Shown here: in pieces, positions 51,596-62,155 of the stretch | How the letters are laid out: each line of letters starts with the position of its first letter | How positions within the stretch are numbered: position 1 is the stretch's first letter | NCBI GenBank assembly: GCA_950097015.1 | Contig: CATNEN010000015.1 | Span: 868,001-932,000, forward strand | Reading direction: 5' to 3' | From: Macrostomum hystrix | Taxonomy: Eukaryota > Animalia > Platyhelminthes | Length of the DNA stretch: 64,000 nt | Translations under genes and position numbers: made by a program | Notes under the pieces: generated by a model | Databases searched by the model: none | Told to the model about the DNA's origin: nothing | The model's input: only the letters and a program-made list of their open reading frames with translations

Positions 51596-54500
51596 ATGGC
51601 GAACCTCTGGCTGGTCATTCTCTGCGTCCTGAGTGTCAGGTGAGTCAGAGAGCACTGCAGCCGTAACACCATCCCACTGCAGCCGTAACACCATCCCACT
51701 GCAGTCATAACACCATCCCACTGCAGCCATAACACCATCCCACTGCAGCCGTAACACCATCCCACTGCAGCCGTAACACCATCCCACTGCAGCCGTAACA
51801 CCATCCCACTGCAGCCGTAACACCATCCCACTGCAGCCATAACACCATCACACTGCAGCCATAACACCATCCCACTGCAGCCGTAACACCATCCCACTGC
51901 AGCCGTAACACCATCCCACTGCAGCCATAACACCATCACACTGCAGCCATAACACCATCCCACTGCAGCCGTAACACCATCCCACTGCAGCCGTAACACC
52001 ATCCCACTGCAGCCGTAACACCATCCCACTGCAGCCGTAACACCATCCCACTGCAGCCGTAACACCATCCCACTGCAGCCGTAACACCATCCCACTGCAG
52101 CCGTAACACCATCCCACTGCAGCCGTAACACCATCCCACTGCAGCCGTAACACCATCCCACAGCAATCATAACACCATCACACTGCAATCATAACACCAT
52201 CACACTGCAATCATAACACCATCACACTGTAGTCATAACACCATCCCACTGCAGTCATAACACCATCACACTGCAATCATAACACCATCACACTGCAATT
52301 ATAACACCATCACACTGTAGTCATAACACCATCCCACTGCAATCATAACACCATCACACTGCAATCATAACACCATCACACTGCAATCATAACACCATCA
52401 CACTGCAGTCATAACACCATCGCACTGCAGCCGTAACACCATCCCACTGCAGCCATAACACCATCCCACTGCAATCATAACACCATCACACTGCAGCCAT
52501 AACACCATCCCACTGCAGCCATAACACCATCCCACTGCAATCATAACACCATCACACTGCAGCCATAACACCATCCCACTGCAATCATAACACCATCCCA
52601 CAGCAATCATAACACCATCACACTGCAATCATAACACCATCCCACTGCAGCCGTAACACCATCCCACTGCAGCCGTAACACCATCCCACTGCAGCCATAT
52701 CACCATCCCACTGCAGCCATAACACCATCCCACTGCAGCCATATCACCATCACACTGCAGCCGTAACACCATCCCACTGCAGCCATATCACCATCCCACT
52801 GCAGCCATATCACCATCCCACTGCAGCCATATCACCATCCCACTGCAGCCATAACACCATCCCACTGCAGCCATAACACCATCCCACTGCAGCCATAACA
52901 CCATCCCACTGCAATCATAACACCATCACACTGCAGCCATAACACCATCCCACTGCAATCATAACACCATCCCACAGCAATCATAACACCATCACACTGC
53001 AATCATAACACCATCCCACTGCAGCCGTAACACCATCCCACTGCAGCCATAACACCATCCCACTGCAGCCATAACACCATCCCACTGCAGCCGTAACACC
53101 ATCCCACTGCAGCCGTAACACCATCCCACTGCAGCCGTAACACCATCCCACAGCAATCATAACACCATCACACTGCAGCCATAACACCATCCCACTGCAG
53201 CCATATCACCATCCCACTGCAGCCATAACACCATCCCACTGCAATCATAACACCATCCCACTGCAATCATAACACCATCCCACTGCAATCATAACACCAT
53301 CACACTGCAGCCATAACACCATCCCACTGCAATCATAACACCATCCCACAGCAATCATAACACCATCCCACTGCAGCCGTAACACCATCCCACAGCAATC
53401 ATAACACCATCACACTGCAGCCGTAACACCATCCCACTGCAGCCATAACACCATCCCACTGCAGCCATAACACCATCACACTGCAGCCGTAACACCATCC
53501 CACTGCAGTCATAACACCATCCCACTGCAATCATAACACCATCCCACTGCAATCATAACACCATCCCACTGCAATCATAACACCATCCCACAGCAATCAT
53601 AACACCATCACACTGCAGCCGTAACACCATCCCACTGCAGCCATAACACCATCACACTGCAGCCATAACACCATCACACTGCAGCCATAACACCATCACA
53701 CTGCAATCATAACACCATCACACTGCAATCATAACACCATCACACTGCAATCATAACACCATCCCACTGCAGCCATAACACCATCACACTGCAATCATAA
53801 CACCATCACACTGCAATCATAACACCATCACACTGCAATCATAACACCATCACACTGCAATCATAACACCATCACACTGCAATCATAACACCATCACACT
53901 GCAATCATAACACCATCACACTGCAATCATAACACCATCACACTGCAATCATAACACCATCACACTGCAATCATAACACCATCACACTGCAATCATAACA
54001 CCATCACACTGCAGCCATAACACCATCCCACTGCAATCATAACACCATCCCACAGCAATCATAACACCATCACACTGCAATCATAACACCATCCCACTGC
54101 AGCCGTAACACCATCCCACTGCAGCCATAACACCATCCCACTGCAGCCATAACACCATCCCACTGCAGCCGTAACACCATCCCACTGCAGCCGTAACACC
54201 ATCCCACTGCAGCCGTAACACCATCCCACAGCAATCATAACACCATCACACTGCAGCCATAACACCATCCCACTGCAGCCATAACACCATCACACTGCAG
54301 CCATAACACCATCACACTGCAGCCATAACACCATCACACTGCAGCCATAACACCATCCCACTGCAGTCATAACACCATCACACTGCAGCCATAACACCAT
54401 CACACTGCAGCCATAACACCATCACACTGCAATCATAACACCATCACACTGCAATCATAACACCATCACACTGCAATCATAACACCATCCCACTGCAGCC

Positions 54501-57500
54501 ATAACACCATCACACTGCAGCCATAACACCATCCCACTGCAATCATAACACCATCACACTGCAATCATAACACCATCCCACTGCAATCATAAGACCATCA
54601 CACTGCAATCATAACACCATCCCACTGCAGCCATAACACCATCACACTGCAGCCATAACACCATCCCACAGCAATCATAACACCATCCCACTGCAGCCGT
54701 AACACCATCACACTGCAGCCATAACACCATCCCACTGCAGCCATAACACCATCCCACTGCAGCCATAACACCATCACACTGCAGCCATAACACCATCCCA
54801 CTGCAGTCATAACACCATCCCACAGCAATCATAACACCATCACACTGCAGCCGTAACACCATCCCACTGCAGCCATAACACCATCCCACTGCAGCCATAA
54901 CACCATCCCACTGCAGTCATAACACCATCCCACTGCAATCATAACACCATCACACTGCAGCCGTAACACCATCCCACTGCAGTCATAACACCATCACACT
55001 GCAGCCATAACACCATCACACTGCAGCCGTAACACCATCCCACTGCAGTCATAACACCATCCCACTGCAGTCATAACACCATCACACTGCAGCCGTAACA
55101 CCATCCCACTGCAGTCATAACACCATCACACTGCAGCCATAACACCATCCCACTGCAATCATAACACCATCCCACTGCAGTCATAACACCATCCCACTGC
55201 AGTCATAACACCATCCCACTGCAGTCATAACACCATCACACTGCAATCATAACACCATCCCACTGCAGCCATAACACCATCCCACTGCAGTCATAACACC
55301 ATCCCACTGCAGTCATAACACCATCCCACTGCAGCCATAACACCATCCCACTGCAGCCATAACACCATCCCACTGCAGTCATAACACCATCCCACTGCAA
55401 TCATAACACCATCACACTGCAGCCGTAACACCATCCCACTGCAGTCATAACACCATCACACTGCAGCCATAACACCATCACACTGCAGCCGTAACACCAT
55501 CCCACTGCAGTCATAACACCATCCCACTGCAGTCATAACACCATCACACTGCAGCCGTAACACCATCCCACTGCAGTCATAACACCATCACACTGCAGCC
55601 ATAACACCATCACACTGCAATCATAACACCATCCCACTGCAGTCATAACACCATCCCACTGCAGTCATAACACCATCCCACTGCAGTCATAACACCATCA
55701 CACTGCAATCATAACACCATCCCACTGCAGCCATAACACCATCCCACTGCAGTCATAACACCATCCCACTGCAGTCATAACACCATCACACTGCAATCAT
55801 AACACCATCCCACTGCAGCCATAACACCATCCCACTGCAGCCATAACGCCATCCCACTGCAGTCATAACACCATCCCACTGCAGTCATAACACCATCCCA
55901 CTGCAGTCATAACACCATCACACTGCATGCTGGATGAATTGATATGTCCAGTAAATAATTAATACCATCTATCGGTGATTTTTCTGCAGCTTCCCACGGC
56001 CGCAGTCAGCCCAGCTACTGCCCTACCCCCCCGGTGGCACGGCTAACGCCTCCCAGCTGGTTCGGGTATCTCGAGTCCTCGACCAGATCCTCAACAGCAG
56101 CCGCTACGATAGCAACTTGAGGCCTGGCCTAGAGTTTAAAATCAACAATGTCACTGGCGAGCGGGAGGTCATTGGTTCGTGCCTCTTTTTGTTTCGTCTT
56201 TCAGAGCTTATGTGATTGTCATGACATTGTGATGGGACAGTGAAGACATTGTGATGGGACAGTGAAGACATTGTGATGGGAAAGCTTATGCTAAAGATTA
56301 CATAACAAAAACATCTTAATTAAGTCGAACTCGTGAGCAATTATTGTGCTCAGATGGTGCTCAGAAGATAAAACTGCTAAAGAACTCGCAGTCATAAATC
56401 AACAGGCATCCTCACAGCCGATGCATATGAGTGAACCTCAAGTGCCTTCTCAAGTCTCTTCTCATACAGTGACTCTTCTGTGAGATTTTTCTGCACTCGA
56501 AACGAGACACAATGAAAAAACTGTGCAGGAAATGTTTCGCGCACTTCAACTGGCATTTGTGGGACAGCTACAGCAGCCTCTGAGGCACTTTTTCAAGAGC
56601 CTGAGCTGCGCCCTAATCCGCCGATTTCTCTCTGCCTCCTTGAATAGGCTTTGGAATTTGCCTGGTCCTGCTCGGCTAGTCGCAAATCACAAAGAGGATT
56701 TTAATCCAGGGCTTACAAGATATCCAGCGCCGCTACCCATGAGCAAGCAGCAAATGGGGGGAGGCACCACGCCTGTTGTGCAATGCTCCTCTGAGAAGGA
56801 TAAGCAGGAGGAGAAGGTGAAGGCCAATGAGAAGAGGCCCTGATCCAGTTAATTCTGGCTTGTTTATCCCTCGGCCCAGGAGAATCAGCTCACAATCCCC
56901 CGGCCGTTCATCATTCTCAACGCCCGAGCTCCGAAATCTTCCAGATTGCTCGAGCGTTGATGGGATGAGAGTTGCAGCTTTGGGGATGGGAGGCGGTCAA
57001 ACTTTGTGAGGCCAGTCCGCAAGCGCTGCTTGCAAGTTTTTGGTTAATAAAAAAGATAACGCAAATTAGTCTTTCGCAGTGGCCTAGCTAGGATTTCTGT
57101 CTAGTGTGGGGGGCGCCTTGGGGTGCCACTACTGGGGGTGCCTCTAGTGGGGGTGCCACTAATGGGGGGGTGCCACTACTGGGGTTGCCACTACTGGGGG
57201 TGCCTCTACTAGGGGTGCCGCTACTGGGGGTGCCTCTACGCCCCTGGTCTTTCGCCGTCTAAACTAAGTTACTAGCTGAGCGCATACGGCCACCACATTT
57301 TTATCACAGATGAGGACCCAGTGGCAGTGTCGGTAAACATGCTGATCAAGAATCTCGGACCAATTGACGAGGAGAAAATGGTGATTGAAACTATCCTCTG
57401 GTTGAAGTTTTCTTTCATCTTTGGAATCACAGTCGCAGACTCTGTCTCCACGCGCAGATGTACGCAATGGAGATTTACTTCCGTCAGTGCTGGATGGACA

Positions 57501-60500
57501 GCCGCCTCAGGTTTGACCCGGCCGATGCCAAACAGGATGAGATCAAGGTGAGCATCAGCATCCTCAGGCGCATCTGGCGGCCCGACACCTACTTCTTCAA
57601 CGGCCGCGGTTCGCGACTGCACGAGCTGACCACGCCGAACAAGCTGCTACGGATTCAGGCCGATGGCACCGTGTTCTTCTCCATGCGGTGATCATGCCGA
57701 TTCTTATCGCTATTTACTACTTATGCTTCGAGCTCAGTAGTAGTTGATAGTATAAAGCGCGCATTTTCGCAGGCTCACAGTCAAGGCGGTGTGTTACATG
57801 GACTTCCGAAAATTCCCAGTCGATCGTCAAACCTGCCCGTTGTTTATCGGCAGCTGTGAGTCGGTCTGATCCGCCATTTGATTGTAGAGGTCTAGAAAAA
57901 AATACCTGAAGTTTTTACATTTAAACCTTCCCAGTTGCCTACGACTCCAAGAACCTGATCTACCTGTGGTGGGAGGAGGCCAGGGCAAGTCCGCACCTGC
58001 ACGAGATTCCCGGCACTGTTGTGAACTCCAGCAATAAGAACCTTGGCGCCGAGGTGACCGCAATGGCCCAGTTTCTGTTCCGGCAGGAGAGAGTGGTGTT
58101 CTCGCACCTGGACACCCGCCTTGGAAAAGGTGCTTCCGTATTTCAACTTATAATTTACCTTTGAAACAACCAGCAACGAAAGGTAACTCACGCACCGCAC
58201 AGAGTACCGCAACCTGCTGAGCATGACAATCCCGCTGGAGCGAATGATCGGTTTCTACGTGCTGCAGATCTACCTGCCGTCCTACATGACCGTGGCCATC
58301 TCCTGGGTCAGCTTCTGGATCAATCGGGAGGCCACCCCCGCCAGGGTGACGCTCTGTGAGACCGCTCGCTGTGATTGTCTTGAGTAATCCGTGCAGATAC
58401 GATGAATCCCAAACCTTCTCTGTTCTGGCTCTTTTTTTTGGCTTTTGGTTGCCCTTCAGGTACCTGGATCGTTCGAATACAAGAGAAGTTAGTTTATTCT
58501 CTTTGTTTTTTGGTTGCAGTTACAACGGACCAATAGTAATTATTGAACTTAGGTTCGGTGCTGTCTTCCTGACTTCGGTTTGTCGTTGACGTCGATTAAC
58601 CAATAGTCACTTGTGGAGTGTCCAGCTTTGGTAGGTTCTACCACAAGTCTGGCGCTTATCCCTTGTAGTATAATCAATATAATCCCACGTCTGTGACTAC
58701 GACTTAATCGTTGGTTAGCTCAAGAAAAGCCTTCTAATTAGTAAATAATTAATTAGGATAACTCAAGGAACTCTTACCACAAGTCTTGGACCTGGAGTCC
58801 GATTCACTTCTCTCCGTTTCCTCTTTTCGGCGAGACTCTGAATCTGGGCTCGCTTCGGAGCTCTTGTATTTATAGAGAATCTCTCGGGTTCGATGAGTGC
58901 GTTCAGTGTACAGGTGTCAAACTGGTGTCAAAAATGTTGGGTCAACGCTTGACAACTTGAGAGGATTTTTTATAACTAAACTAGTAGAAGCGCAAAAAGA
59001 TGATTATCGCTTTCTTGACCTTTTGATTGATTTTAGGTAACATGATTGGTTTGATTGTTGGTCGCTATGACATAGAAATGGATTTGATACTATTAATAGT
59101 AGTCACTTGACTTTTGATTGATTCGTTTGTTCTTTTTTGGTGAAGTGAATCACATGCTGTACTCGTATGTTTTTTATTCGCATTTTCTAAAAATACTACT
59201 AAGCGGATGAGTAGAGTAGTTAGCGCATGATTGGTTAAAATAAAAATTACCATAATTCTGCACTCTACACGATTCTTGTCGAAGACCTTTGTGAAAAGGA
59301 CAACTAACAGCTTTGTGTAAACCTCAATGCTGAATCCATTTCGGTTCAGTAATAAAATAATTAACATTATACTCAATCCAATATGATAAACAGGAGTGGC
59401 CGACATAATTACATTATGATATTTGTAAGCAGAGATCTTATGCCTGTCAATATTGGTGGTTTTTGCCACCAGACACTCGACAACAATCGTTTTACATCTC
59501 AACGATGCCGATGTTTTCATTACAATTAATTTAACACTGATCAGGTAGTCAAAGAAAAAACAAAAATTTGGTTATTTAAAATCCCCCCCGCGGCATTTCT
59601 GCTGTTCAGCAATTTAAGTTTCAAGAAAAAATTAACACCAAGAGCTGGAAAATGCGATGGGACTTTTTTAATTTATTGTCATACAGAAGGATTCTGAATG
59701 TGACAGAAATTCGCTCTTTAAATTATTTTATACTTTGAGCTTGCGCTCCCCCGCAGCCATCACCACCCTGCTCACGAGTGTCACCATCACCCTGACGGGC
59801 CGCATGGGCCTGCCGAAGGTCTCCTACGCCACTGCCCTAGACATATTCCTGCTCGTGTGCTTCTTCTTCGTGTTCTCCGCCCTGCTTGAGTACGCGGGCG
59901 TCAACTATTTCACAAAGGCTGGCAACGTGGAGATTCCCAGGAAGAGCACGGCACAGGTGATTTAAGCACGGCGTGAAATGTTCATGAGCATTCAGTCCAC
60001 GGACTGAACAGCTGAGCCCCTTAAACTGATAGCTGATGCTCATGTCTGGCTTAATAGTACTTTCAGGAGGACTGTAGGCACTCATGCGACCCTTCTGCCG
60101 ATTTCGCTGACTCCTGAACACTCGCGGGTGTAATAACTAAGGCCGAGGCTATTTTTAGTGAGCAGACAAAACTCTCAATCTTTACTGCCACGCTGAGCGC
60201 GCGTCCATATATTATATTTGCTAGAACTGGGGTGGCGACACCCACCCCGCTCCGCAACCAATCAAACGACCCAGGTGTACACCTGGGCCTGGCTCACGTG
60301 CGTACGCACACTACAGCGTGCATCTGCCCTGACTTTTTGCATCTTCAGGCGGTGTGTACACTCTTACTGTACCTTTTGGCTTAGGACTTATAGCCGTAAA
60401 TTATACGACAAGCCCCCGAGCCCTTATCACCGCGCCACATCGAGCTCAGGAACCAGCTTGGTGCGAAAGGTAAACGCGATAACCGCTCTGCTACACCTGG

Positions 60501-60963
60501 GGTTAGATATTACGCGTATCTTTTAATTTTATGCTTTTTGTTTACAATTAGCTTTGCTTATCCACAGACCTCAATAGAGCGAGACCATCAGCACGAAGCT
60601 ACTAGTTTGTTGAACACAAACGCTCAGCTGAGCGCAGACCGCTCCACACATCGGCGCCGCTGTCAACCCGCCCGCACCACCAGCCGAGACTTGAACTTAG
60701 ACAGAAACCGAGACGATGGCGTCGGTAGGACGACCGGAGGAGACTCCAGAGAAACCTGCCCGAGCATGTTCCTTCACTGCCTGCGCGGCGACCGGAAGTA
60801 CATGCTGCTGAAGGACAGCCGGCGCAGCTCGGGGCCGAACTCTGAGTCGCAGATCGATCGCGCGTCAAGATTTATCTTCCCAGCCTCATTTCTGGCCGTG
60901 AATGTTGCGTACTGGCTGGCGCTCTTCATGGGAGACGAGTTCCTGGTCGATCAGGAGAGCTGA
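51596..60963 (+). CDS. Cys-loop ligand-gated ion channel subunit, GABA-A/Grd-like, ~518 aa; exons 51596-51639, 55990-56174, 57310-57380, 57458-57687, 57773-57855, 57935-58129, 58203-58355, 59757-59956, 60568-60963
   Basis: Signal peptide [14 protein letters not shown]; YDSNLRP; [11 protein letters not shown]; Cys-loop [15 protein letters not shown]; M1 [24 protein letters not shown]; M2 PARVTLSITTLLT; M3 [22 protein letters not shown]; M4 [21 protein letters not shown]. All 8 introns are phase-consistent, total 1557 nt. Confidence 0.93.
51655..55927. repeat. 22-bp minisatellite (taacaccatcccactgcagccg), ~195 copies, filling intron 1 of the channel gene
   Basis: Starts 15 nt after the donor at 51640 and ends ~60 nt before the acceptor at 55989. 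Confidence 0.97.
56222..56282. repeat. 22-bp unit (gacattgtgatgggacagtgaa) x ~3
   Basis: Direct tandem copies ~50 nt after the donor at 56175. Confidence 0.8.
57105..57240. repeat. ~15-bp minisatellite (gggggtgccactact)
   Basis: About 8 diverged copies, ending ~70 nt before the acceptor at 57309. Confidence 0.82.
59965..60510 (-). mobile_element. Stacked SINE fragments: family B tail (~59965-60055) and family A (tail ~60060-60135, head/body ~60270-60510)
   Basis: cagtccacggactgaacagctg (family B); atttcgctgactcctga and cgacaagcccccgag...cgagctcaggaacc...accgctctgctacacc (family A). Confidence 0.62.
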
Positions 60964-61140
60964 TAGACAGCACATGGCTAACAATATAAGATAATTGTTT
61001 CAGGTGGCAATTATGCAATTCGCACAGCACCTTTTGCACCTTTCGCACATTTACCAAGTTTATGATTCAGTCCGTTAAATATAACTCAGCCCAATTGGAA
61101 AACAGCTTCGCTATTTGAAAAAAAACTCGGTTTCGGTGTT

Positions 61141-61583
61141 ATGGACTGTCTCCTTAATTCTTAGGCACTTTAATGCCCGCCCTGCACTTCGTCTGTCTCT
61201 GCGTTTCTTCAATTATGGACTGTCTCCTTAATTCTTAGGCACTTTAATGCCCGCCCTGCACTTCGTCTGTCTCTGCGTTTCTTCAATTATGGACTGTCTC
61301 CTTAATTCTTAGGCACTTTAATGCCCGCCCTGCACTTCGTCTGTCTCTGCGTTTCTTCAATTATGGACTGTCTCCTTAATTCTTAGGCACTTTAATGCCC
61401 GCCCTGCACTTCGTCTGTCTCTGCGTTTCTTCAATTATGGACTGTCTCCTTAATTCTTAGGCACTTTAATGCCCGCCCTGCACTTCGTCTGTCTCTGCGT
61501 TTCTTCAATTATGGACTGTCTCCTTAATTCTTAGGCACTTTAATGCCCGCCCTGCACTTCGTCTGTCTCTGCGTTTCTTCAAT
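61141..61583. repeat. 74-bp tandem repeat x6
   Basis: atggactgtctccttaattc... recurs at 61141, 61215, 61289, 61363, 61437 and 61511 with no visible differences. Confidence 0.95.
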
Positions 61584-61864
61584 CGGGAAAGGCTATATCA
61601 CCTCGGACCGGACCCAAACATGGATGACGTTTACAGTTTCGAGAAGACCCCACAGCTTGTCCCGTTCCTCAGGGCTACCAGACGAGCATCATTCTTCCCT
61701 AGCGAGAAACACGCTGCAGGAAGGACCGGCCACGGACCTCCCTGACTGGCGCCGCACCGTCGGCTGAAATGGAATTTTCAGGGATTAGTGAAATGGGCTC
61801 CTGTTGCCTCCCCACTGAGTCTTCGGACCGCCCTGCAGCTGAATCAAGTCAGTGGGCTGTCGGC

Positions 61865-62155
61865 AATGCCACATCATCATCACTCTGCCCATGTCGCTGA
61901 CTCCTGAGCACACACGCACACAGATTACTGTACGCAGGCGCACGGTCACACAGATGTGTACATCTGCCCTCACTTTCTCTTAGTCAGGGCCTCTTTGCCC
62001 TGAAAGTGTAAAAGCGTAAACTGCACGACAAGCCCCCTAGCCTTCTCTCCGCGGCTGCGTCCCGATTAAATGTGGCCTCTCGGCGGAATCGAGCTCAGGG
62101 ACCTCGGTGTGAGAGGCAAACGCGTTAAACGCTCTGCCACTCAGTCCCTAATCCA
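61865..62155 (-). mobile_element. tRNA-derived SINE, family A (intact head)
   Basis: Minus strand gggactgagtggcagagcgtttaacgcg...ccctgagctcgattcc (A- and B-box), with the same body and tail as 1324-1660. Confidence 0.75.

Noticed and set aside
49182-55000. Numerous MSDSPIW / MVLRLQWDG repeat ORFs
   Set aside because: Translations of 21- and 22-bp minisatellites.
61141-61583. CRISPR-like appearance of this and other regular arrays
   Set aside because: Units are contiguous with no unique spacers, there are no cas genes, and the context is eukaryotic.
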